From IMG/VR virus record IMGVR_UViG_3300047160_019164, positions 1 through 64,000 of that record: a stretch of DNA of 64,000 bases; one strand, 5' to 3'. The position numbers and the translations under genes were made by a program. Below are positions 20,903 through 30,181 of the stretch, in pieces. This DNA is from a virus. The notes under the pieces are model-generated. The model was not told the DNA's origin, ran no database searches, and saw only the letters and a program-made list of their open reading frames with translations. How positions within the stretch are numbered: position 1 is the stretch's first letter; each line of letters opens with the position of its first letter.

Positions 20903-21115
20903 CGATGGACATGCGATTCGCGCTCCCCCACGGCACCCTCATTGCGAGTGCTGTGGGGGAGCGGTGGATGGTCTGGTCGCCGCATTGGTGGGACCTTCGC
21001 GCGTGGGGTTGGTACTTCACGTTCGGGCGTAAGTGGTGGCGGGGAATCGTCACCATTACGCAACTACACGGCAGTGATGTCCGACGTTTCGACGTGAAAG
21101 TGATCTTCTACGACC

Positions 21116-22645
21116 ATGCGAAAGCGAAGCGAGGCGAAGCCCCCCACTGGCGTCGCAAAAGAACTACCCAAGGTCGATAGCGCACCGAAGAAAGAAGAAC
21201 CGAAGGAGGTCGTGGTCCGACACGACCCGGTCAACGAGCAAGTGGTGTTCGCCGCTGCACTGGTCGACAAGACCGTGCGCGATAAGCTTGCGGATCGATT
21301 GCAGCCGGACCACTTCCTCGTTCCGATGCACAAGACAGGATGGAAGGGTGTTCAAGAGCTGCACCATCGCAAGCTCGAATTCGACGCGGCGACGTTTCAG
21401 CAGATCGTCGGGAGCGACTCGTTCGACGTCAACTACTTGGCACAGCTCGTCGACGCGCGGCCGTATGCGCCGGCCAATCTCGAATTCCACGTCGAGACGC
21501 TCTTGTGGGACAAGGCGCGGTACACGGCGTCGACGGGGCCCATCGCGTCGCTCATCGACGCTATCAAGGACCCGCGCGAAACGCCCGAACGCGTCAAGGC
21601 GCTTGCGCGCCAAGTGCCCGAGTCGTTGGAAGGGTACAAGGACCGCTCCTTCCTGCACGATGGACGCACGCTCGTGATGTCGCAGATGGACGATATCCGT
21701 GAGCGGCGCCGTGGGCGCGCGCACTTCCCCTTCGGCATCGATGGACTCGACTACTTCGAGCCCATCGAAGGCGAGAAGCTCAAGAAGCGACTCATCCCCG
21801 GTGCAGCACCGAAGAAGGTGACCGTCGTCGTGGGCACCAGTGGTAGTGGAAAGAGCACCCTTTGCGCCAACTTCGTGCTCGGCCTGCGGCGGATGAAGCG
21901 CCGTGGGCTCGTGGGTGCGTGGGAGATGAACGGTGGCACGACGCTGGAGTTGTGCGCTGCTATCGAGGAAGGGATCTCGCTTGTCGATCTGCGGACGGGC
22001 GCCATTACCGACGAGGAAGAGCAGCGGATGGAAGCACAGATGCTCTCCATCACCGAGACGGTGATGTTCATGAGCAACCCCTTCCACCGCAAGCGCGGCG
22101 AGAAGAGCAGCAACGAGCGAAACCTTGACTTGCTCCAGGGTTACATCGCCGATAGCGGATGCGAGTGGGTCATCCTCGACTTGTGGCGCCGCGCGCTGCG
22201 CAAGATTGACCCCGAAGAGGAAGAGCAAGCGCTGGTGCGTCAACAGGCAATGGCTGAGGAGACCAATACGCATCACATCCTCGTTCAGCAGCTACGCAAC
22301 AAGGATCTCGAGGCGCGGCAGGACAAGCGCCCAACGCGCGAGTCCATCAAGGGTTCGGGTGCGTGGATCGAGATCGCCGACACCATTCTTGGATGCCATC
22401 GGCCGGCGCTGTGGAAGAACATCGAGGACACCTCTATGGAGGTGTTCGTGTTGAAGCAACGCTTCGGGAAGTGGCCACTCGGTATCGAGCTGGATTGGAA
22501 CGGTGAGTACGGCAAGGTGCAGGGTGGGAAGAGCATTCCGTACGAGCCTCCGGACGGCGAGAGCAGCACCAACGCAGTTGACGGTGCGATGGCAGCACCG
22601 AAGACCGGCGGGAAGAAGCCGTGGAGTCGTGGACGGCGCGTCTGA
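21116..22645 (+). CDS. DnaB-like replicative helicase
   Basis: N-terminal EQVVFAAAL...PDHF, Walker A GTSGSGKS, EM, ILD, QL.....RP....KGSG..E.AD, KQRFG motifs. Confidence 0.9.
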   Translation: MRKRSEAKPPTGVAKELPKVDSAPKKEEPKEVVVRHDPVNEQVVFAAALVDKTVRDKLADRLQPDHFLVPMHKTGWKGVQELHHRKLEFDAATFQQIVGSDSFDVNYLAQLVDARPYAPANLEFHVETLLWDKARYTASTGPIASLIDAIKDPRETPERVKALARQVPESLEGYKDRSFLHDGRTLVMSQMDDIRERRRGRAHFPFGIDGLDYFEPIEGEKLKKRLIPGAAPKKVTVVVGTSGSGKSTLCANFVLGLRRMKRRGLVGAWEMNGGTTLELCAAIEEGISLVDLRTGAITDEEEQRMEAQMLSITETVMFMSNPFHRKRGEKSSNERNLDLLQGYIADSGCEWVILDLWRRALRKIDPEEEEQALVRQQAMAEETNTHHILVQQLRNKDLEARQDKRPTRESIKGSGAWIEIADTILGCHRPALWKNIEDTSMEVFVLKQRFGKWPLGIELDWNGEYGKVQGGKSIPYEPPDGESSTNAVDGAMAAPKTGGKKPWSRGRRV

Positions 22646-22677
22646 GCTGCCAATCCTCGAGAAGAACAGGAAGCAAC

Positions 22678-23631
22678 GTGCCCAAGAAGCTCGACATTCC
22701 AAAGCTCCTGCACGCACTCGGAATCGAAGCAACGCAAAGAGGTCGTGAGTGGGTCGCCCTCTGCCCGAACCCGAAGCATCACGATCGGCACCCAAGCTGG
22801 CGTATCAAGGACTCGCCACTTTCAAGCAAGCACGGGTTCCACAAGTGCCACCCGTGCGGCTTCGGTGGTGGGCCAGCGGAGTTGGTGCGCGTGGTGCGCG
22901 ACTTCGCCGAGATATCGAGTGCGCTCCAATGGCTCAAGGACTTCCGCAAGGGTGAGCAGGAAGAAGAGCAGGTCGACGCCTTCCGCTGGGAGACGATGAG
23001 CCTGACCAAGCGTGCGTTCGTGCTGCCGCCCGAAGTGGTGGTCGAGGAGCTGAGCGAGTGGCCTTCGGTCATCCGCGAGTACGCGCAATTGCGCGGCATC
23101 ACCGAGGAGCAGGTCGAGCGTTACGGCATTGGGTATGCGGTGTTTGGCAAGCTCGCCGGACGCATCGTGCTTCCGGCACGCGACGTTCACGGTGCACCAC
23201 GCAATTACACATCGCGTTCGTTCGTTGGTCACCAGAAGCGCTACCTCGCCGCTGACATCTCCGAGAAGCCAGACTTGGGGTGCATGTTCGGTGAGCAGTT
23301 CTGGCCTCCCACCGCACGGCGCCGTGCGGTGGTCGTTCTGGAAGGCGCCATCAACGGGCTGACGGTGGATCGGGCTGTTCCCGAGCTTCCGTTTGGCGTC
23401 ATCGATGGCAGCGAGCCACGACCGGCGCACTTCATGAAGCTGGCGACCTTTCCACAGGTCTACATCCTGACCGACCCCGACAAGGCCGGAGCCAAGGCTG
23501 CGGAGACGCTCGCCATGGGGCTCGGTCGGCATTCCATCGTGACTCGTGTTACTTTGCCTCCAGGAGTAGATGCACAGGCCGCTGGCGACGCCAAGGTGAA
23601 GGAGTTGTTAGAGCCATGCCTCGCCCACTGA
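22678..23631 (+). CDS. DnaG-like primase (zinc finger + Toprim)
   Basis: CPNPKHHD..PS...CHPCG zinc finger; LEG and DPDKAG Toprim motifs. Confidence 0.88.
   Translation: MPKKLDIPKLLHALGIEATQRGREWVALCPNPKHHDRHPSWRIKDSPLSSKHGFHKCHPCGFGGGPAELVRVVRDFAEISSALQWLKDFRKGEQEEEQVDAFRWETMSLTKRAFVLPPEVVVEELSEWPSVIREYAQLRGITEEQVERYGIGYAVFGKLAGRIVLPARDVHGAPRNYTSRSFVGHQKRYLAADISEKPDLGCMFGEQFWPPTARRRAVVVLEGAINGLTVDRAVPELPFGVIDGSEPRPAHFMKLATFPQVYILTDPDKAGAKAAETLAMGLGRHSIVTRVTLPPGVDAQAAGDAKVKELLEPCLAH
23309..23332. repeat. 24-bp palindrome copy 6 (inside primase, TARRRAV)
   Basis: Perfect copy, in frame, just before the Toprim VVVLEG. Confidence 0.97.
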
Positions 23632-24056
23632 AAGAGGTTCCGCAGTATCGAAGCCTCCGAGAACGCAGGAAGAACGACAACGAGCTGACGACCGTCTTTC
23701 GCGAGGAAGGGCCGGAAGCACTGCGGAAGGTGCTCACCGATTATCTGGAAGCGACGTCGGGGAGCATGAACAAGGCGGCAGAGTTGGCCGGAGTGGAGCG
23801 GTCGTTCTTCTGGTGGTGGCTGAATCGACTCGGCATGAATTCCGTTTCGTACGAGATTCGGAATCGCTACAAGGCTATGTTCGACATCCCTCCGCTCGAG
23901 GAGAACAACGATGCCGGTGAATCCCAAAGCGATGAAGGGACTCAAGGAGTGGGCGAAGAAGTTGCCCACCAAGGACATCGCGAAGCATCTGGAGAACCAC
24001 GACATCGAAGATCCGGCAGCACTCGCGGTCTGGCTCCGCAAGAAGGCCATCGGTAG
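23616..24056 (+). CDS. Fis-like HTH protein
   Basis: GSMNKAAELAGVERSFFWWWLNRLG. Confidence 0.55.
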   Translation: MPRPLKEVPQYRSLRERRKNDNELTTVFREEGPEALRKVLTDYLEATSGSMNKAAELAGVERSFFWWWLNRLGMNSVSYEIRNRYKAMFDIPPLEENNDAGESQSDEGTQGVGEEVAHQGHREASGEPRHRRSGSTRGLAPQEGHR

Positions 24057-24102
24057 CTCGCAGTTCAAGAAGAATCAGGAAGCGGCTCGCAAGAAAGCGT
24101 AG
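23911..24102 (+). CDS. Small hypothetical protein
   Basis: GAGGAG RBS, ATG; overlaps the tail of the previous ORF. Confidence 0.5.
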   Translation: MPVNPKAMKGLKEWAKKLPTKDIAKHLENHDIEDPAALAVWLRKKAIGSSQFKKNQEAARKKA

Positions 24103-24121
24103 TTCGCGGCATAAAGGAACC

Positions 24122-24433
24122 ATGCAACGGATCGAGCAGCTCGAATTGCGACGCCAAGTGTTCGACGAGCCCCATGTGGCCAAGAGCACGATCCTGGCGT
24201 TGTACGTGAAGAACGGGCTGCTCTGGCGTGCGGTCGCGAAGGAAGTGGGCGTCAGCTACGAGACCATCTGGCGGTGGGTCAAGCGGCTCGATCTTCAAGC
24301 GCAGGTGTTCAAGCTCCAACGGAAGCACGTCGACGTCATCAAAGCTCGATTGTCTGAATACGGAACCAAAGGAGGCAAGAAGGGGGGCTGGCCGTTGGGT
24401 CGTCCCCGGAAGCCGAAGGAGAAGCGGTCATGA
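24122..24433 (+). CDS. HTH DNA-binding protein
   Basis: AVAKEVGVSYETIWRWVKR; C-terminal GRPRK. Confidence 0.7.
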   Translation: MQRIEQLELRRQVFDEPHVAKSTILALYVKNGLLWRAVAKEVGVSYETIWRWVKRLDLQAQVFKLQRKHVDVIKARLSEYGTKGGKKGGWPLGRPRKPKEKRS

Positions 24434-24933
24434 ACACGAAGATGGACACCCGAGTCGATGCCCTGATGGATGATGTGCGTGCGCTGAATGCGCGACGTGC
24501 ACGTGCGCGCCAGGATGCGGTGCGTTCCATTCGCGCTCTCGAAACGCGTCTGGTCGAAGTCCTCGATGGAACGTCGCTCCGTGGCCTGCCGAATCTCGCA
24601 CTCGAATGCGAGGAGCCCTTCAACGGCATCCGTTTGCGCGGCAAGATGGCCGAAGGTCTGCCGTTCGATGGCCGTGCCGTGTTGGTGCTCTCCGAGTCGG
24701 GGCGCATCAAGATGGCGATGCGCTACGAAGACGGCACGCTGCGCCCGCACGCGAACGTGGTGTCGTGGGATGCGGCGGATGCCGACTTCCGTGCGGAAGA
24801 CCTCGAGCAAGTGATCGGGCGCGTGGCCGTGGTACTCGAGCACCACGCGGCGCAGGCCAAGAAGACCAGCGGACAGTACGCCGCAGTGTCGATGCTGGCT
24901 CTTCGCCTGACCGGTGCGTTACGCGCCGCCTAG
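24430..24933 (+). CDS. Hypothetical protein
   Basis: ATGA overlap; 167 aa. Confidence 0.55.
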   Translation: MNTKMDTRVDALMDDVRALNARRARARQDAVRSIRALETRLVEVLDGTSLRGLPNLALECEEPFNGIRLRGKMAEGLPFDGRAVLVLSESGRIKMAMRYEDGTLRPHANVVSWDAADADFRAEDLEQVIGRVAVVLEHHAAQAKKTSGQYAAVSMLALRLTGALRAA

Positions 24934-24968
24934 CCATCGCACCGCCTATAAGGTGGTGACCGGTAACC

Positions 24969-25096
24969 AAGTCCACCGCACGGCGCCGTGCGGTGGACTT
25001 TTTCGTATGAGAATCCCTCACGAAAAAAGAAATCGTCAGGGGCTCGGACGATTTCATGTTGCACAGGGATGCAATGCGGCTTATTGTTCTTCTCAC
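24969..25096 (+). promoter_or_regulatory. Promoter cassette copy A (palindrome copy 7 at 24973-24996, two inverted repeats, sigma70-like promoter)
   Basis: TTGCAC 25059-64, 17-bp spacer, TATTGT 25082-87; near-identical to 50869-50995. Confidence 0.85.
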
Positions 25097-25129
25097 AGGG
25101 CGACGGACGGACACGAAAGGGAAGCGACG

Positions 25130-25483
25130 ATGAGCAACACGCACGGCAGCAAGTGGATTCGCCCGGAGAAGCGCCTCGCCATCTATGCCCGCGACGGCTT
25201 TGCGTGCGTGTGCTGTGGTGCGACGGCGGAAGAAGGCGTGATGCTCAGCCTCGATCATGTGCTTCCGCGCGAGTTGGGTGGCACGCACCACGAAACCAAC
25301 CTGGTGACGATGTGCGTGCCCTGCAACAGCACCAAGCGCGACGCCACGAACCGCCGCTTCTTCGAGATCCTCCGCGACAAGGGCATTGATACCAGCAAGC
25401 TTGGCGCGCGCATCCGTGCTGCGGTCAAGCGCGCGATCGACATCAACGAAGGCAAGGCGCTGCTCGCAGCGCGGAAGGGCTGA
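25130..25483 (+). CDS. HNH endonuclease
   Basis: RDGFACVCCG...LDHVLP...GG.....NLVTMCVPCNSTK. Confidence 0.9.
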   Translation: MSNTHGSKWIRPEKRLAIYARDGFACVCCGATAEEGVMLSLDHVLPRELGGTHHETNLVTMCVPCNSTKRDATNRRFFEILRDKGIDTSKLGARIRAAVKRAIDINEGKALLAARKG

Positions 25484-25488
25484 TTCCC

Positions 25489-25742
25489 ATGAAGACCATT
25501 CGCTACGGTTTCGATTCCGGTGTGTGCGACGACATCCATGTCGTGACGGACGCCGAGGACTGGATGACGGCATCGACCAGGCGACGTTCCACGCTGGTTT
25601 CGTGGCCGGGTTCTTCTCCACCTATGAGCGGCACGAAGTGCCGCTAGAGCACTTGGGCGAGTACGACCACGTGATGGAGAAGTGGGGTGCCAAGTTGCGC
25701 GAGCTGGGCTTGGTCGACGACGAGGACGACAGCGCTGCATAA
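25489..25742 (+). pseudogene. Small gene apparently split by a 1-nt frameshift near 25558
   Basis: MKTIRYGFDSG...DAE in one frame; protein-like GLDDGIDQATFHAGF... continues in the -1 frame. Confidence 0.4.
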
Positions 25743-25759
25743 CCGCGCAGCCAAGAAGT

Positions 25760-25783
25760 CCACCGCACGGCGCCGTGCGGTGG
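25760..25783. repeat. 24-bp palindrome copy 8
   Basis: Perfect copy upstream of the UvrD-like gene. Confidence 0.97.
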
Positions 25784-25812
25784 CAGGGCAACCGCCGAAA
25801 GGGGCACAACCG

Positions 25813-27840
25813 ATGAAGAAGCGTGCAGACGTGAAACCGAACAAGGAAGAGATCGCCAATTCCGCCGCAATTGCCGAGGCTGACACAGCGCCTGCGCCTT
25901 GGGACAAGAACATGAACCCGGAGCAGCTCAAAGCCATCTACCACGTGGATGGTCCCTGCGCGGTGCTCGCGCAGGCCGGTAGCGGTAAGACCAGGGCGCT
26001 CGTCCACCGCATCGCGCGCATGGTGCGCGGGCTGCGCATCGACCCGGCGCGCATCATGGCCGTGACCTTCAGTAAGAAGGCTGCGGACGAGATGAACGTG
26101 CGGCTCGAGCAACTGGAAGTGACGGAGGCGCGAATCGGCACCTGGCACTCACTCTGCCTCCAGATCCTCAAGGATGATCACACGACGTGGGGCTCGTGGG
26201 CCATCGACGAGAAGGACCGCCACAAGTGGATCGTGAAGGATGTGCTCGGCTACAAGAAGAAGGGGCGTGAGGAGCTGAGCCTCGATTGGAAGCAGGCCGA
26301 TCTCGCGAAGGTGCGGCGCTTCATCACGATGTGCAAAGCCAACTTGTGGACGTGGGAGCATTCCGAAGCGCTGGAGTTGGCGCGTGAGGAATTCGGCACG
26401 ATGCGCGACTTCAGCGGTCGACCGCAGTTCCAGCTCGCGCTGGATGCCTTTCGGCTGAGCCAGCGAGTGATCGAAGAGGAGTGCATCCTCACGTTCGACG
26501 ACTTCCTCGTCTTCGCGCACCGACACCTGTGCGACGAAGAGAACCGCCAGCGGTGGGCGGGGAAGTGGGACTACGTCCTTCAGGACGAGGCGCAGGATGC
26601 GAACCGTGCGCAGTGCGAGATCGCGCGACTGCTCTCCCAGGACCACCGCAACTACATGGTCGTGGGCGACACTGCGCAGAGCATCTACGGGTTCCGTGGG
26701 TCGACGCCTGCTTATCTCGCCAACTTCGCCAAGGATTGGGAGGGCGCCGAGGTCGTCATCATGAACCGCAACTACCGCAGCGGCGACGCCATCGTGCAGG
26801 CTGCGAACGACATCATTCGTCCGGCAGAAGTGCGCCTCCCGACCGACATGCTGGCAGAGCGTGGCATCGAAGGCTCTGTCCGAGTGGTGCACGCGACCGA
26901 CTTCGACAACGAGGCGGCGGAATTCGCGGGCTGGGCGGAGGAGCACTGGAAGGCGACTGGCAAGCTGTCCGACGTGACGTGCCTGTTTCGCCTCAACGCA
27001 CAGAGCCGCGCGCTCGAAGAGGAGTTGCTCAAGCGCCGCATCCCGTACGTCATCGTGGGTGGCACCAGCTTCTACGATCGCAAGGAGGTGAAGGACTTGC
27101 TCTCGTACTTGCGCGTGGCCATCCAACGCGACAAGGAAGGCGACGCCGTCAAACGCTGCATCAACGCACCGTTCCGCTTCCTCGGGCAAGCGTTCGTCGA
27201 GCGCGTCATGAAGGCCAGCTCGCCCGACTGTGACTGGTCCGAAGTGGTGCGCGAGGTGGCGCAGCAAGAGCGCTTGATGAACAAGCAACGCGAGAGCGCC
27301 GTCGAGTGGGCTGCGCTTATCGAAGAAGTTCGCACCATGATGGAGAGTGACAAGCTCACCGAGTCGCGCCCGACTGTCATCCTCGACTTCCTCGTGCGAC
27401 GCACCAACTACATCGCGTGGATCGAGAAGGAGGAAGGCGGCGAGAGCATCGAGACCAGTGGTGGCGCCAACGTGCGTGAGTTGATCCGCGTGGCGGAGCG
27501 CTTCGATACCGTCGACGAGATGCTCACCTACATCGAGAAGAATCAGGCTGCGGCGAAGCGTCAGAGGAAGGACAAGCAAGCGGGTGGCGAACGCCTACTC
27601 CTCATGTCCATCCACCGCAGCAAGGGGCTCGAGTGGCCGAATGTGTGGGTGGTGGGTTGCAACGAGATGATTCTCCCGCACGTGAAGGGCGACGTGGAGG
27701 AAGAGCGCCGGCTCATGTATGTGGCGGCGACGCGGGCGCGCGACAACCTGGTCCTCTCGCACGTGCGGGAGATGGCCACGCGCAGCGGCATCAAGCAAGG
27801 GACGCCGTCCAAGTTCCTCGTCGATGCCAACCTCGTCTAA
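25813..27840 (+). CDS. UvrD/PcrA-like SF1 helicase
   Basis: AQAGSGKT, DEAQD, VGDTAQSIYGFRG, NYRS, SIHRSKGLEW, EERRLMYVAATRA. Confidence 0.95.
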   Translation: MKKRADVKPNKEEIANSAAIAEADTAPAPWDKNMNPEQLKAIYHVDGPCAVLAQAGSGKTRALVHRIARMVRGLRIDPARIMAVTFSKKAADEMNVRLEQLEVTEARIGTWHSLCLQILKDDHTTWGSWAIDEKDRHKWIVKDVLGYKKKGREELSLDWKQADLAKVRRFITMCKANLWTWEHSEALELAREEFGTMRDFSGRPQFQLALDAFRLSQRVIEEECILTFDDFLVFAHRHLCDEENRQRWAGKWDYVLQDEAQDANRAQCEIARLLSQDHRNYMVVGDTAQSIYGFRGSTPAYLANFAKDWEGAEVVIMNRNYRSGDAIVQAANDIIRPAEVRLPTDMLAERGIEGSVRVVHATDFDNEAAEFAGWAEEHWKATGKLSDVTCLFRLNAQSRALEEELLKRRIPYVIVGGTSFYDRKEVKDLLSYLRVAIQRDKEGDAVKRCINAPFRFLGQAFVERVMKASSPDCDWSEVVREVAQQERLMNKQRESAVEWAALIEEVRTMMESDKLTESRPTVILDFLVRRTNYIAWIEKEEGGESIETSGGANVRELIRVAERFDTVDEMLTYIEKNQAAAKRQRKDKQAGGERLLLMSIHRSKGLEWPNVWVVGCNEMILPHVKGDVEEERRLMYVAATRARDNLVLSHVREMATRSGIKQGTPSKFLVDANLV

Positions 27841-27890
27841 GGAACGTCGTTCCAACCGGCGGAGGCGTGAGCGGTCAGTTCGTAGGAAGC

Positions 27891-27939
27891 TTGACACACT
27901 TGAAGCCGAATGGCGTAGTGTATGCCATTCGGCTTCAAG
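27891..27939 (+). promoter_or_regulatory. TTGACA followed by a 16-bp perfect inverted repeat upstream of the sigma gene
   Basis: CTTGAAGCCGAATGGC-gtagtgtat-GCCATTCGGCTTCAAG at 27899-27939. Confidence 0.6.
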
Positions 27940-27977
27940 AAAGGCGCTGAGGCGTCAAGGGCAAGGGAGGAAGTCCC

Positions 27978-28643
27978 ATGGGTCGTTTCGAGAATGCGTT
28001 GGTAGCATTGCGTGGTGGGCAGTCGACGTTCGCGCAGTTCGTGCAGGCCACGCGCCCGCACTGGAAGGCGCTCAGTATCTACGTGGTCAAGCGGTGGGAC
28101 TTGCCGCTGTGGATGGACAAGGAAGACGTCGAGCAGGAGCTTCACGTTGCCGCGTGGACCTTCGTCGGCAAGTTCGACGACAAGCGCGGTAAGAAGCTCG
28201 AGGAATTCGTCGTGTGGAACGCCATCGACAAGGCGAAGAAGGTGGCGCACAAGGCGCGCGGTGCGAATCGCCACCGTGGCGCCGATGGGAACCCGTCGAT
28301 GTACGAGCGCCCGTTCACCACGTTCGAGCGTGCTACGGACGAACGTGGTGCGGCGGCCGAGCGGATGCTCAGCGGTGCAGCGGTCGAAGCGCACCAAGAA
28401 CGCACGGCGGTGCGAGAAGAGGGTTACAAGCGAGCACGTACCGTGTGTGGCAAGGTTCGCGAGCTGCTCGCAGTGCAGGCGCTCTATCACGCGGACGACT
28501 CGCTGACCGAAGCGGCGGCGAATCTTTACGAAGACTACGAGTCGCGTCGGCTCTGTCGGCTCGGCAGTGAAGACCACGCGCTCAGCGTGGTGAAGCATGC
28601 GGTGCGCACCGTCGGGGAGCGCATGCAGTTCCTTTCGGTTTGA
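27978..28643 (+). CDS. Phage-encoded sigma70-family sigma factor
   Basis: Region-2-like DKEDVEQELHVAAW...KFDDKRGKKLEEFVVWNAIDK. Confidence 0.7.
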   Translation: MGRFENALVALRGGQSTFAQFVQATRPHWKALSIYVVKRWDLPLWMDKEDVEQELHVAAWTFVGKFDDKRGKKLEEFVVWNAIDKAKKVAHKARGANRHRGADGNPSMYERPFTTFERATDERGAAAERMLSGAAVEAHQERTAVREEGYKRARTVCGKVRELLAVQALYHADDSLTEAAANLYEDYESRRLCRLGSEDHALSVVKHAVRTVGERMQFLSV

Positions 28644-28654
28644 TGGAGGCGCAC

Positions 28655-29800
28655 ATGGCGGAATTCGATTTCAGTGTGACGATCTCGAAGGTGGACACGA
28701 AGGTACTTGGTGAACATCTCGCCAAGATCGGCGTGAAGGTGCCGAAGGCCGATGCCGATTCGATGGCCAATGCGCTCATCGCGCACTATCGTGCGATCGA
28801 AGCGCAGTCGCTCGCTCGCTGCGAGAACTGCAATGGGCTCAGCGACCCCAACCTCGACGTTTGCCCGTACTGTGGCCACGTCGAGTCGCTGGACGAAGTG
28901 CCGCTACCGGAGCCGACTCCGGTAGCGGTTGTCAAGACGACCAAGAAGAGCGAAAAGAAGGACGGCGCCGCCGAGGCGCAGGAAGGCGCGAAGAACATGT
29001 CGACGGAAACCACCACGGACAAGAAGAGCACCAACGGCGTTGCGAAGAAGGACGCACTTGCCAAGGCCAAGGGCGACGAAGAGACCAAGATCACCAAGGC
29101 GGGGCTGGCCGACCTCGACAAGTCCGTCAGCACCATCCGCAAGCTGATGACCGAGACGGCGACCAACTACTGGCACCTCGGGAAAGAGCTGAACGTCATT
29201 CACGAGAAGCAGCTCTGGAAGCAGCGCACCACCGAGGATGGCAAGGTCGCGTTCAAGAGCTTCGACAACTTCGTGTCGAAGGAGATCGGCTGGAGCGCGA
29301 TGAACGCGTACCGTGCCATCGACGTCGCGAAGGAGTACAGCGAATCCGATGTGCGCAAGTTCGGTATGACGAAGCTCTCGCTCGTGCTCGAAGCGCCGAA
29401 GGAAGCGCGTGCCGAGATCGAAGAAGGGCTCAAGAAGGGCGCCACGTACCGCGAGACCAAGGAAAAGGTGAAAGAGGCGCGCGCCAAGGCGGGTACCACG
29501 CGCCGCGAGACCGGTCGCAAGAAGACGCCGGCCGGCGAGAAGAGCGAAGGCGCGAAGAAGGCGCGCGCCAAGGCTGCGGCGGAGAAGGGGAAGTCGTCGC
29601 GCATGACCATCGCGAACATCGAAGGCACCAAGACGGTGCGCTTGTACGCGAAGGGCAGCGACGACAAGCCTGCCAAGAAGGTCGCCGATCTTCCGTGGGG
29701 CCAGATGGAGCTGTCCAACGACGTCGTGATGCAGTTCGCGATCGTCGAGACGACGGCCGGCGAGCTGGTGCTCAGGGTCAAGGTCAAGCGCGGCGAGTAA
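28655..29800 (+). CDS. Putative DNA-binding protein (Zn ribbon, DUF3102-like helical domain, Lys-rich linkers)
   Basis: CENC..CPYC; YWHLGKEL..IHEKQLWK...FKSFDNFV..EIG.S...AYRAI. Confidence 0.55.
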   Translation: MAEFDFSVTISKVDTKVLGEHLAKIGVKVPKADADSMANALIAHYRAIEAQSLARCENCNGLSDPNLDVCPYCGHVESLDEVPLPEPTPVAVVKTTKKSEKKDGAAEAQEGAKNMSTETTTDKKSTNGVAKKDALAKAKGDEETKITKAGLADLDKSVSTIRKLMTETATNYWHLGKELNVIHEKQLWKQRTTEDGKVAFKSFDNFVSKEIGWSAMNAYRAIDVAKEYSESDVRKFGMTKLSLVLEAPKEARAEIEEGLKKGATYRETKEKVKEARAKAGTTRRETGRKKTPAGEKSEGAKKARAKAAAEKGKSSRMTIANIEGTKTVRLYAKGSDDKPAKKVADLPWGQMELSNDVVMQFAIVETTAGELVLRVKVKRGE

Positions 29801-29882
29801 ATCGGCCGCGTGGACACGGTGGTCGGGCGCGCTTCTGTCAGTGCGCCCGACCCTTCAATTGGCAGATGGAAGAGAGGCGCGA

Positions 29883-30095
29883 ATGGCGATGACACCGGGA
29901 CCGAAGGAAGAAACCGAGCGGTTGATCAAGAAGGTCGTGAAGGCGGCGGGGAAGAAGGGCGGCACGCTCGCCGAGCTGGCGACGAAGGTCGGTGACGAGG
30001 TCGGTCCCGTGCGGCGCGCGGTGAAGTACGCCGTCACTCGCGGTGACCTCAAGAAGACGGGGTCCGGGCGCTTCACGGTCTACTGCATTCCGTAG
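29883..30095 (+). CDS. Small winged-HTH-like protein
   Basis: TLAELATKVG...VRRAV...GDLKKTGSGRFTVY. Confidence 0.55.
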   Translation: MAMTPGPKEETERLIKKVVKAAGKKGGTLAELATKVGDEVGPVRRAVKYAVTRGDLKKTGSGRFTVYCIP

Positions 30096-30115
30096 TAGGT
30101 CCGGCGTTTCGTGAA

Positions 30116-30160
30116 ACAGAAAGGCGGGAAGGCACCATTGCCTTCCCGCCTTCTGTCTTT
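30116..30160 (+). terminator. Probable intrinsic terminator
   Basis: AAGGCGGGAAGGCA-ccat-TGCCTTCCCGCCTT followed by CTGTCTTT. Confidence 0.65.
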
Positions 30161-30181
30161 GGGCGGCATAATCCAAGCCGC

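Noticed and set aside
24997-25058. Minus-strand hammerhead in the promoter cassette (CTGACGA and GAAA present)
   Set aside because: The stems do not close around the core in the required order.
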